Source: Candidatus Sericytochromatia bacterium
Lineage (GTDB): Bacteria > Cyanobacteriota > Sericytochromatia > S15B-MN24 > JAQBPE01
NCBI GenBank assembly: GCA_040400605.1
Contig: JBBAPZ010000021.1
Coordinates: forward strand, 10,124 to 60,958
Direction of reading: 5' to 3'
DNA: 50,835 nucleotides
Shown here in pieces: positions 1 through 8,392 of this stretch. A model generated the notes under the pieces. The model saw only the letters and a program-made list of their open reading frames with translations. It was not told where the DNA came from and searched no databases. The position numbers and the translations under genes were made by a program. The first letter of the stretch is position 1. Each line of letters begins with the position of its first letter.

Positions 1-224
1 GATGAAACGTGGGGCTTTGTGGGCACGTGTTGCTTGAGTAGCCATGCGTGGCTCAGTCACATTGCTGGTCCCAGGCTCATTTAAGTACGTCAGAATCTGG
101 GTATAACCAAGATATTGCTGTCGCCCTCGACATTCCGGAATGTGTCAACAAGTTGAGACAATTTCGGTTGGAAAAGTTCCTTTGCTTGCTAACTTTTTCA
201 GGACATTTTTGGGAGGATTGACTA

Positions 225-911
225 ATGGGACTCTTCGATAAAGCTTCACGCTTGATAAGATCCGAAATGCCAGAGTTTCAAGCCGGAATCGCGAAGGGCT
301 TGAAGGAACTGGGCAACGATGCTGAAAAATGGCTATCGGCGGCGGAAGCACGAACCTTCGGCAACGACGGTCCCAACGGCAGCTTCAACCGTGGCGATTA
401 CACCGAAACCTATCACAGTACACCCCAGACGCCGTCGCCCCACACACAAGCTCACCGCAAGCCATTCAGTCAACTTCCTGATTTTACAAGGGTGCTCAAT
501 GAAGGCGCACTCGAGCCTCAAAGGGCATTGAAACTGTTAAGTATTGCTGAAACCAGAGGATTCACACCCGAACTCAAAACGTGGCTACACTCGGCGGAAC
601 GAAACAAAAATACCGTTGTTGAGCCTTTGACCACCTTGTTGGGCGATCGCTCCCAACACGAAGCAGTCCAAAGCGAGGTGTTTTATCGCGCGCACAAGCT
701 TGGCCTGCAACAAGATATCTTAAGATGGTTGAAGTCACGTCCGAACTTGACTGACACAGTGGGAATGAGTTATCGCAACTTCAACCTAAAAATGACACAA
801 GTCCCAGATAGCCTGAAATTGCCACATCCTCTCAACCTAACCGAGGAAGATTTTGCCTTTGGCAAACAGTTTGCCAGAACGATTTCAAACGAATTGCAGT
901 CACGGTCTTAA
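225..911 (+). CDS. hypothetical protein (228 aa); N-terminus resembles the PspA/Vipp1 amphipathic helix
   Basis: ORF with GGGAGG RBS just upstream of ATG; begins MGLFDKASRLIRSE; remainder not recognised. Confidence 0.7.
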   Translation: MGLFDKASRLIRSEMPEFQAGIAKGLKELGNDAEKWLSAAEARTFGNDGPNGSFNRGDYTETYHSTPQTPSPHTQAHRKPFSQLPDFTRVLNEGALEPQRALKLLSIAETRGFTPELKTWLHSAERNKNTVVEPLTTLLGDRSQHEAVQSEVFYRAHKLGLQQDILRWLKSRPNLTDTVGMSYRNFNLKMTQVPDSLKLPHPLNLTEEDFAFGKQFARTISNELQSRS

Positions 912-1058
912 ACAACAACGACCGACAGGCTGCTTGAACGGCCGCTTTGCCAATCAGGCAAATCCTGAATGCAAAACTTAACTGCCGTATCTCAAATGCT
1001 TTAGGGGATTGAACGTGTCGTCAGGTGACTGTGAGTGGCAACAAAAGCCACCATCGTG

Positions 1059-2069
1059 TCATCCTGCGTTCACATTCATAACATCCACCACTGGCAGATC
1101 CGGAAACTGTACCTCAAACCGCTCTTTGAACCACCTGGCATCCACTTTATCCCCCGCGGGACTCGTGGGGTTGATGGTCAATGCCACCGCCTTGAGGGGC
1201 CGAAGCGCAAAGCCACGCGCGCCGCGGGCAAAAAAACGCGCAAGCACCCGGGCGGAAGCAAGCAAATGCGTTGATGCAGGCATCAGCAAATCAGGAACAC
1301 GCGCATTTTGCAAAAGCACATCGAGCAGCATGTCGGTGACCGCACCGGGCACATAGAGTGTGTGCATATCCGCACGCAGCCACGTGTGGAGCAGGTCGTG
1401 GTTGCCCAAAAAAGAGGGTGCTAGCCAGGGCACAAAGCCTGATGCGCCAAAGGCGCCCGGTTGCGCCGGGTCAGGGGGCAGGTATTCGGTAGGCGGGGCA
1501 CCCATCTGTAGGCAATCCAGCACCTGATGCGTCTGTGTGATCAACGCATCGAGATTGGCATCGACACACAGGCCGGTTGAGAGTACGAAGGCGTCGACCC
1601 CTGAGGAGAGAAAGGCGCGGCGATCCGCCGCCCCATCCACGAAGATGCGTTCGGCACCCGCGTCTTGTAGCAACCGGAGCAAGGTCTGGCATTCCTTCAC
1701 CTTGACGGGGCCTGCGACTTCAACGAAGCCAGGTGCTTTGACACGGTAGATGCCAACCGGTCCCAAGGCGGTGCGAAAAGGCGTGGTACTGATGCGTTCG
1801 AGGCGGGCGCTTGAGTGGATAACCGAGTCAAAGGAGGTGGCGACCAGTGCCCCCACAGGCGGATGAATACGGGGTTTGGGTTGGCGCGTGAGTTGGTCGA
1901 TCGCCTCCCCATCCCGTCCAATCGACGAAATGCCAAGCGTCTCCGCCTGTAAAGCAAACTGCGCGACAAGGTGGTTCAGCGCGGTCGTCTTGCCAGCGTT
2001 TTTGGCCATGCCAGCGATCGCAACCGTCCGGTACGGCGCGCACACCCGTGCCAGTTCACCAAGCATCAC
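1059..2069 (-). CDS. P-loop protein similar to KamB (lysine 5,6-aminomutase reactivase subunit-like)
   Basis: IAGMAKNAGKTTALNHL, SSIGRDGE, KPRI and VDGA motifs match my recollection of KamB-family proteins; overlaps the DUF309 stop. Confidence 0.6.
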   Translation of the reverse strand: MMLGELARVCAPYRTVAIAGMAKNAGKTTALNHLVAQFALQAETLGISSIGRDGEAIDQLTRQPKPRIHPPVGALVATSFDSVIHSSARLERISTTPFRTALGPVGIYRVKAPGFVEVAGPVKVKECQTLLRLLQDAGAERIFVDGAADRRAFLSSGVDAFVLSTGLCVDANLDALITQTHQVLDCLQMGAPPTEYLPPDPAQPGAFGASGFVPWLAPSFLGNHDLLHTWLRADMHTLYVPGAVTDMLLDVLLQNARVPDLLMPASTHLLASARVLARFFARGARGFALRPLKAVALTINPTSPAGDKVDARWFKERFEVQFPDLPVVDVMNVNAG

Positions 2070-2530
2070 GCCCTCCTGTCAAGCAAACGCACATGCCGCT
2101 CACTTAAACTTAAAGGCTGCGCGAAAGAAATCACCGCATCAGGCTCAAGCACCCAACAAGGCACCGTCAACTGCGCTTCACCCACTTCCGCCACAACAGC
2201 CAACGCCCCCTTCAGTTGCACAACCACCGTCTCGGTACGCAAACCAAGCATAATGCCGTCTTCAGCCTCCAAACGCCCGATGGCCGCGCGCAACAAAATT
2301 AATCCAGGCTTTGTACGACCCCGTTCTATATGAAAAAAGGCAGCGGCGGCCTGAATCAATCCCTGCAAAAAGCGTCGCATCGACCCCGTGGTGCGCAGAT
2401 ACAGCGGTTCCAGCAGTTCGTGGACTTCAAAGTAGCGACCGGCGTTAAAGCACGCCACCCCGTCAAGATACAGTTGCCGTGCCTGCTCGGATGAAAGCGT
2501 GGCATCAAATGGAAGCAGGCTGCCCGACAT
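2066..2530 (-). CDS. DUF309 domain protein
   Basis: FNAGRYFEVHELLE and FLQGLIQAAAAFFH signature; start placed at ATG 2530 after GGAG, overlapping the nrnA end. Confidence 0.85.
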   Translation of the reverse strand: MSGSLLPFDATLSSEQARQLYLDGVACFNAGRYFEVHELLEPLYLRTTGSMRRFLQGLIQAAAAFFHIERGRTKPGLILLRAAIGRLEAEDGIMLGLRTETVVVQLKGALAVVAEVGEAQLTVPCWVLEPDAVISFAQPLSLSERHVRLLDRRA

Positions 2531-3515
2531 GGGATTGCTCCTGTATGGCCAATTCACACGCCAACAGCACTTTGGGGACGGCTGCTGCCAACGGGCCCTC
2601 CACGCGGCCGCCCGCCGCATAGCGATGGCCACCACCAGCGAAGTGTTTGGCAATCAGGTTGACCAAGATACGCCCTTTGGATCGAAAACTTAACTTGAAA
2701 TTGCCGGAAGGTGTTTCCTTAAACAGGATATAGACCTCACCGCCTGCAATTTTTGGAAGGTTCAACGTCAACATTTCGATGGCCTGTTCACCGCCCCCGC
2801 TAGCTTTCAGCATCGCTTGGGTGATACTGGTGTAAACGACTTGGCCATCCATGGCGGTCGCAATGGCATTCAATGCCTCTCCATAGAGCTTGAAATCGCC
2901 CATGCCGAGCTGCTCATGGAGCATGCGGTTGATATAATCCGGCCGGGCACCGGCTTCCACCAATTGCGCCACTTGGCGATACAGCGCCGGGGTGCAGCGA
3001 TCCGTGATAAACCCGCCGCGGGTGTCAAACAAAATGCCCGCGAAAAGCGACGAAGCGCTGTCCGCATCCGGTTCCAGACCGAGATGAGGCAACAATTCTG
3101 CCACAATGTAAGAGGTGGCGGCAGCGAGTGTGTCCACGTAAATCCAGTCCGCAAAACACCCATTGCCTTCATGGTGGTCAAGGTTCATCCAGATCGGTCG
3201 TTCCCGCACGCTCACCGGAAGGCGCGAGCGCTCCCCGCCATCCAAAAAAATCACCCGCCAACGCCGCTCGGACTCATCCGGCCATTTGGCCTGAATTGGA
3301 AAATACCCACCCAAAAATCGACAATGCTCAGGAACCGCTTCATCGGTATAGACAACCACCGATTTTCCGAGGCGCGCAAGCAGGACGGCGAGTCCGCACA
3401 CCGCGCCAAACGCGTCGGGGTCCGGCGCCACATGGGGCACCAGCACATAGTGGTCGTGCGCCTGCAGCAAGTCGGCAACCTGTGCGAGGCCCGTGACATT
3501 ACTGACTGGATCCAT
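2505..3515 (-). CDS. nrnA: DHH/DHHA1 bifunctional oligoribonuclease / pAp phosphatase NrnA
   Basis: HxxPDPDA, LDHH, GILFDT, SFRS and GGGH motifs. Confidence 0.88.
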   Translation of the reverse strand: MDPVSNVTGLAQVADLLQAHDHYVLVPHVAPDPDAFGAVCGLAVLLARLGKSVVVYTDEAVPEHCRFLGGYFPIQAKWPDESERRWRVIFLDGGERSRLPVSVRERPIWMNLDHHEGNGCFADWIYVDTLAAATSYIVAELLPHLGLEPDADSASSLFAGILFDTRGGFITDRCTPALYRQVAQLVEAGARPDYINRMLHEQLGMGDFKLYGEALNAIATAMDGQVVYTSITQAMLKASGGGEQAIEMLTLNLPKIAGGEVYILFKETPSGNFKLSFRSKGRILVNLIAKHFAGGGHRYAAGGRVEGPLAAAVPKVLLACELAIQEQSHVGQPASI

Positions 3516-3721
3516 GGCTCACCTTCCCCTTCACACCCACCCCAATCATCCGTCTTATTCCCTGAAACCAACTGATTCGCGCGAATGCAATCAAGAATGG
3601 CACCATTCGTTTCGCTGATCGGGCTTGCGCAATAACCGGCGTTTGACATCGCAGCCAATCCAAATCACGCCAGCGTGAATGCCGTTTCGCAACCACGACA
3701 TCAAAACGCATCAGCGTCCGT

Positions 3722-3823
3722 TCAAGATCTGTGTCTTGAACGCAAAAACATCAAGCACCCACGCACCGTTATCGAATAACAACTAAAACGTGATCATCAG
3801 TCAACGCGCCTCTCTATCATTCA
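3722..3823. repeat. dispersed intergenic repeat, copy A
   Basis: 3722-3807 aligns ungapped to 4800-4885 with 63/86 identities (manual count); similarity to copy C continues to about 3823. Confidence 0.8.
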
Positions 3824-3955
3824 ATCAACAGTGAATGAAATCAATCGGATGAGCCATGATTCTTGTGTCAGGCGGAAGCTCTGCGGTACGCACATCAGGC
3901 TCAGCGCTTGTGTTAAGCTGGGAGCCGGCGCTTTCGCATCACTTGGAGTACTGGT

Positions 3956-4636
3956 TTGATTCCGCTTTACGATCAAAATCCTTCACACCGCACGCCTTAT
4001 GCAACCTATCTGTTCATTGCGGTCAACATCCTGGTCTTTTTGTATGAGGCCAGTCTTGGCTCGCGCCAGTTGCAGCACTTTTTGGCGGACTTCGCCGTGG
4101 TGCCGAAACAGCTCAGCGTGGCAACCACGCACGACCCGACACGGGCGTTGCCCGAGTATTTCAGCGTACTGAGCGCGATGTTCATGCACGCCGGTTTCAC
4201 GCATTTGGGCGGCAACATGCTCTACCTGTACATCTTCGGCGACAATGTCGAGGATCGTTTGGGTCATGGTGTCTACGTCGTGTTTTATCTGGTGGCAGGG
4301 GTTGTTGCCACCTTGACTCACATCCTCTCAGCGCCGTTCAGCCCGATTCCGCTGGTGGGAGCCAGCGGTGCCATCGGGGGTGTGCTCGGCTGCTACGCGG
4401 TTTTGCATCCGACAGCACGGGTCACCACATTGTTGGGATGGATGGTCGTTTCCGTGCCGGCGTTTTACTTGCTGGGCTTCTGGTTTGTCATGCAAGCGCT
4501 TCACGGGCTTGGGACGATGTTGCCGGGGCACGGTATGCAAGGGGGCACCGCTTGGTGGGCACATATTGGCGGTTTTATCTTTGGCGTGGGTGTCGGTCTG
4601 TTTTTAAAAAATCGTGGCTCAAAGCGCTGGCGCTAA
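3956..4636 (+). CDS. rhomboid family intramembrane serine protease
   Basis: MFMHAGFTHLGGNMLYL, GASGAI (catalytic Ser) and AHIGGF (catalytic His); TTG start after GGAG. Confidence 0.93.
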   Translation: MIPLYDQNPSHRTPYATYLFIAVNILVFLYEASLGSRQLQHFLADFAVVPKQLSVATTHDPTRALPEYFSVLSAMFMHAGFTHLGGNMLYLYIFGDNVEDRLGHGVYVVFYLVAGVVATLTHILSAPFSPIPLVGASGAIGGVLGCYAVLHPTARVTTLLGWMVVSVPAFYLLGFWFVMQALHGLGTMLPGHGMQGGTAWWAHIGGFIFGVGVGLFLKNRGSKRWR

Positions 4637-4695
4637 ACAATGAAGCGTGAGTTGCCGTATAAAACCTCGCGTAAACGCTGCAACAACATCAACCG

Positions 4696-4900
4696 ATACA
4701 ATGACGCGTGGGTTACTGCTTGAAACGTGAGCAAGCCACGCAAAAAATCAGGCAAGCGACGCCTTGTTTGACGCGATACTGTGCCAGATTGATTGCTGCT
4801 TAAAACCTGTGTCGCAAACTCAAAAACCTCAGGCACGCACACGCTGTTAATGAACAACAATCAAAATTTGATCACCAGTCCATGCTTTGTCGTTTCAAGC
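4696..4900. repeat. dispersed intergenic repeat, tandem copies B' (4696-4775) and B (4776-about 4900), 80-bp period
   Basis: CTGCTT(G/A)AAAC...CAAAAA..TCAGGCA recurs 80 bp apart; 4696-4755 versus 23033-23092 gives 40/60 ungapped identities. Confidence 0.75.
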
Positions 4901-4903
4901 TGA

Positions 4904-5881
4904 CTAACGGTTTGCTTGTTGGGCCCTTAGCGCCTGGCGTTCCTGACGATGGTCGATAAACTGGGGGCCACCCCGTTCTTCGAATGGCACGAGGATGCGA
5001 TCCAAATCATTCGGGAGCACCACCGCGTCATTAACGGCGCGGGCTTCCGCCAGCAATTCTTTCGGAGAATGCCGAAAGCTCAAATGGGTGAGGGCGAGTA
5101 GCCTGACTTTGGCTTCACGGGCCAGGAGGGCCGCCTCCGTGGAAGTCGAGTGATAGGTTTCGCGGGCACGTTCCTCAGCTTCACGCGTGAAAGTCGCGTC
5201 GTGCACCAGTACATCTGCATTGAGGGCGGCTGCAAGCACAGCGGGGGAAGGGCGGGTGTCACCCGTGACCACCAGTTTGCGTCCTGCTCGGGAGGGGCCC
5301 AGCACCATCTCAGGTTGGACCCAGCCGTCTGTGCCCATAACGGCTTCTCCGCGTTGCAGGCGTCCGAAATCAGGGCCTGGCGTGATGCCGAGGGCCTGAG
5401 CGGTGGCGAGATCAAAGCGCCCGGGGCGATCGCACTCCTGTAAACAATACCCCACGGAAGCGACGCGGTGATCCGTTTGAAAAGCCGACACCGTGAAACC
5501 ATCACGAACGAACAGAGACCCTGGGTCCACTTCGTGATAGGTTACCGGGTAGTCAGTGTAGCCAATGATGCGTTTGAAAAGCGACATCATGCCCAGCATG
5601 CCGCGGGGGCCATAAACTGCGACCGCATCTTCACGACCCCACAATTGCCAGGTTTTGAGCATGCCAGGCAGTCCGAGGAAGTGATCGGCATGCATGTGGG
5701 TGAGCAAGATGGTCGTAATCTGATTGATGCCCACCCCTGCTCGCATCAACTGACGCTGTGTGCCTTCACCGCAATCAACCAAAAACCTTTCACCGCCGCG
5801 CTTGAGCAGTGTGGCGGACAAACCGCGTTCAGGCGTCGGAACGGCCCCGGAGGTTCCAAGGAACAAAACATCCATTTCCAA
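4904..5881 (-). CDS. rnz: ribonuclease Z
   Basis: LGTSGAVPTPER, DCGEGTQ, THMHADH metallo-beta-lactamase motif, PGP exosite arm, GDT, HDAT, HS and LTH motifs. Confidence 0.95.
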   Translation of the reverse strand: MEMDVLFLGTSGAVPTPERGLSATLLKRGGERFLVDCGEGTQRQLMRAGVGINQITTILLTHMHADHFLGLPGMLKTWQLWGREDAVAVYGPRGMLGMMSLFKRIIGYTDYPVTYHEVDPGSLFVRDGFTVSAFQTDHRVASVGYCLQECDRPGRFDLATAQALGITPGPDFGRLQRGEAVMGTDGWVQPEMVLGPSRAGRKLVVTGDTRPSPAVLAAALNADVLVHDATFTREAEERARETYHSTSTEAALLAREAKVRLLALTHLSFRHSPKELLAEARAVNDAVVLPNDLDRILVPFEERGGPQFIDHRQERQALRAQQANR

Positions 5882-5934
5882 AACGAATCAAGCTCCCCAA
5901 AACGACCGACAGCGGGTGCCGGAAACCCAAACCA

Positions 5935-6951
5935 TCAAAACTTCAGGATGTAACGCATGCCCAAGAATACGGCAGCAGCGAGCGTCGCCGTCAGGGGAAT
6001 CGTGAGCACCCACGCAATCATCATGTTTCCCGCAACCCCCCAGCGGACGGCGCTGACACGACGGGTGGCGCCGACCCCCATAATTGCGCCGGAGACCACA
6101 TGAGTCGTCGAAACAGGCAAACCGAAGGCGGATGCGGTGGACACGGTCAAAGCGGCGGCCGTGTCAGAGGCAAAACCATTGACGGGCTGCAGCTTGACGA
6201 TGCGCGTTCCCATCGTCTTGATGATTTTCCAGCCCCCAGCGCTTGTGCCAAGCGCCATGGCAATGGCGGCCGCAATCTTGACATAGAGCGGTACCACAAA
6301 TTCGGGAATGAAGTGTCCCGTAAAAAGGGCTAAGGTGATGATGCCCATGGCTTTTTGGGCATCATTGGTTCCGTGGGACAGCGCCATGAAGCCGGCCGCG
6401 AAAATCTGCAACGGCCGGAAGAGATTGGTAACCGTAACGGGGGAAGCCGGCCGGAAGAGCCACATCAGAAGCACCATCAGGGTGAAAGAGACAAGCCCGC
6501 CGACAATCGGCGACGCCACGAGAAACAGAAAAATACGTTCAACGCCATCCCAATGCAGTTTGTCGACACCGAAGCCCGCAACTGCCGCACCAATGAGGCC
6601 GCCAATGATGGCGTGTGAAGAGGAGCTGGGCAACCCCCACCACCAGGTTAACAGGTTCCAGGCAATTGCCGAGAGCAAGGCCGCGATGACCACCCACTGC
6701 CCAGCAGCGGAACCGGTTTGCAGGATACTGGTATCAATGATGCCTTTGCCCATTGTTTTGGCCACTTCGGTGCCAATCATTGCCCCGACGAAATTGAGAA
6801 CAGCCGCACCGGCGATCGCCTTCCGCGGCGAGAGAACCCCTGTCGATACCGATGCGGCGATCGCATTGGCGGTGTCGTGAAAACCGTTGATAAAGTCGAA
6901 TACGAGCGCGAAAACCACCACGGCTCCGACAAGCCAAAATAACTCAGGCAT
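5935..6951 (-). CDS. pit: PiT family inorganic phosphate transporter
   Basis: GFHDTANAIA, GLPSSSSHA, HGTNDAQK and PVSTTH motifs. Confidence 0.95.
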   Translation of the reverse strand: MPELFWLVGAVVVFALVFDFINGFHDTANAIAASVSTGVLSPRKAIAGAAVLNFVGAMIGTEVAKTMGKGIIDTSILQTGSAAGQWVVIAALLSAIAWNLLTWWWGLPSSSSHAIIGGLIGAAVAGFGVDKLHWDGVERIFLFLVASPIVGGLVSFTLMVLLMWLFRPASPVTVTNLFRPLQIFAAGFMALSHGTNDAQKAMGIITLALFTGHFIPEFVVPLYVKIAAAIAMALGTSAGGWKIIKTMGTRIVKLQPVNGFASDTAAALTVSTASAFGLPVSTTHVVSGAIMGVGATRRVSAVRWGVAGNMMIAWVLTIPLTATLAAAVFLGMRYILKF

Positions 6952-7567
6952 TTTTCAATACGATCCCATGCAGTTGATCAGCCACATCCTCGGTGCTGTC
7001 GATGGCCCATTCCAACGTGTCATACACTTCTTTCCACTTGACGACAGTCAAGGCGTCAGTCGCTTCATCAAAAAGCGACGACAACGCAATGCGATGCAAC
7101 TTGTCCGCCTCATTTTCCAGGCGGTTAATTTCGATGGTGTGAGGAAGAATATCCTTGAGGCGCTTGGGGTGACGCAAAAGCGGCACGGCTTGCGCAATCT
7201 GCTCGCAACAACGCTCAAGCAGGCGCACCAGCGATATCAACAGTTCAGTTGGGCGCTCAATGCGGTACAGCAGCAAGCGATCGGCCACCAGTTCAATCGC
7301 ATCGACGATGTTGTCCAACTCGATCGTCAGCGCATGGATGTCCTCCCGATCAAGCGGCGTCACAAATGTCTTGTCGAGCTTTTCCAAAATGTCGTGCGTC
7401 ACGCGATCGCCCGCATGTTCGCTATCTGTCAATTTTTGCAAGCGTCCCGGCACATCCCGGTAATCTTCGACCAAATCACGCAACAATCGACCCGCAGCCA
7501 GAACATTGGCTGCAGACGTTTCGAAGAGATCAAAGAAGCTCTCCTCGCGGGGTATCAGGCGAAACAT
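6944..7567 (-). CDS. DUF47 / PhoU-like Pit accessory protein
   Basis: EHAGD, FVTPLDREDI and LENEAD motifs; overlaps the pit start. Confidence 0.93.
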   Translation of the reverse strand: MFRLIPREESFFDLFETSAANVLAAGRLLRDLVEDYRDVPGRLQKLTDSEHAGDRVTHDILEKLDKTFVTPLDREDIHALTIELDNIVDAIELVADRLLLYRIERPTELLISLVRLLERCCEQIAQAVPLLRHPKRLKDILPHTIEINRLENEADKLHRIALSSLFDEATDALTVVKWKEVYDTLEWAIDSTEDVADQLHGIVLKNA

Positions 7568-7614
7568 GCGTAACAGATCCTTTCAGATGGCCAACCATCT
7601 CACCGAAAGACTTG

Positions 7615-8205
7615 CTATTCCTGGCGGCGTCCTTCGAAACCGTCATACCGCTTCAAATCCAGATAGCGTCGACCATTTCGAATCACGCTGAGGGTATTGG
7701 ACAAATCCTCTTCCAGTTTAGCCAACACATCGTGGGCATACGCTTCCGCACCACGAACAAGATCGCGCGCTTCTGTGCGCGCACGTTCAACGATCGCATC
7801 CGCCTCCAGTCTGGCCTCCCTGACCGGCACGGCGTCCGATTCCATCAAATTGGCCAGATGCTGCACGGCACTGACGGGTGAAGCAGCCATCGGCGCGGAC
7901 TCCACTTGCAGCGACCGAAACGGTAACGCAGGATGCGTCACTTCCCCATTCAAGCCGGATGCTTCACCGGAACCAAGGCCTGGGTTAAAAAACCTGCTCG
8001 CGAGGCCCGGTCCATCCAAATCAAAAAGTCGTGCAACCTGCCGGATGTAGCCCGACACATGCACATCAGCTGGCAGGCGTTTGAGGTCGGCCTCTTCAAT
8101 GGCCTCCAGGTAGTCCAGCTTGATGTAAGTCTTTTGCGCCACATCTTCCAGGGACAAGCCGTGATCAATCCGCGCTTGTCTCAAAATCCAGGACACTTCA
8201 TTCAT
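7615..8205 (-). CDS. RodZ-type helix-turn-helix protein with C-terminal Cdv3/DivIVA-like coiled coil; no transmembrane segment
   Basis: LRQARxxxGLSLEDVAQKTYIKLDYLEAIE...LP...GYIR HTH; C-terminal AEAYAHDVLAKLEEDLSNTLSVIRNGR; start placed at ATG 8205 (track starts at 8256). Confidence 0.75.
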   Translation of the reverse strand: MNEVSWILRQARIDHGLSLEDVAQKTYIKLDYLEAIEEADLKRLPADVHVSGYIRQVARLFDLDGPGLASRFFNPGLGSGEASGLNGEVTHPALPFRSLQVESAPMAASPVSAVQHLANLMESDAVPVREARLEADAIVERARTEARDLVRGAEAYAHDVLAKLEEDLSNTLSVIRNGRRYLDLKRYDGFEGRRQE

Positions 8206-8392
8206 GGCGGGATCAGACACTCCAAAAATGTTGCCATCCGTGACCGTAGCAGCCAAGCAACGAAAAAAAGACAGCGCCAGTTTAACACGAACCCAAGGAT
8301 CACGTCATGGACGACAATTGCGCACACCGGTACTTGACGCCTACAATGAAGAACCATGTGGCTGGAAGCCCCTTTTGACGGGAGTCCCGCAA

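Noticed and set aside
3719..3742. CGTTCAAGA/TCTTGAACG hairpin as a terminator
   Set aside because: No U-tract on the correct side for either strand, and the stem is not kept in repeat copies B or C.
4633..4860. 75-aa minus-strand ORF over the repeat as a small protein family
   Set aside because: Copy A stops early in this frame and copy C has 1-nt gaps, so coding is not conserved.
4641..4885. CRISPR-array interpretation of the 80-bp periodicity
   Set aside because: Similarity is spread across the unit and highly degenerate; there are no identical repeats with unique spacers and no cas genes.
8204..8392. N-terminal extensions in the ORF track (recN; also ferredoxin, aminotransferase, J-protein, pepE, katG)
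   Set aside because: Downstream starts coincide with the beginning of family similarity, and most have a clear RBS.
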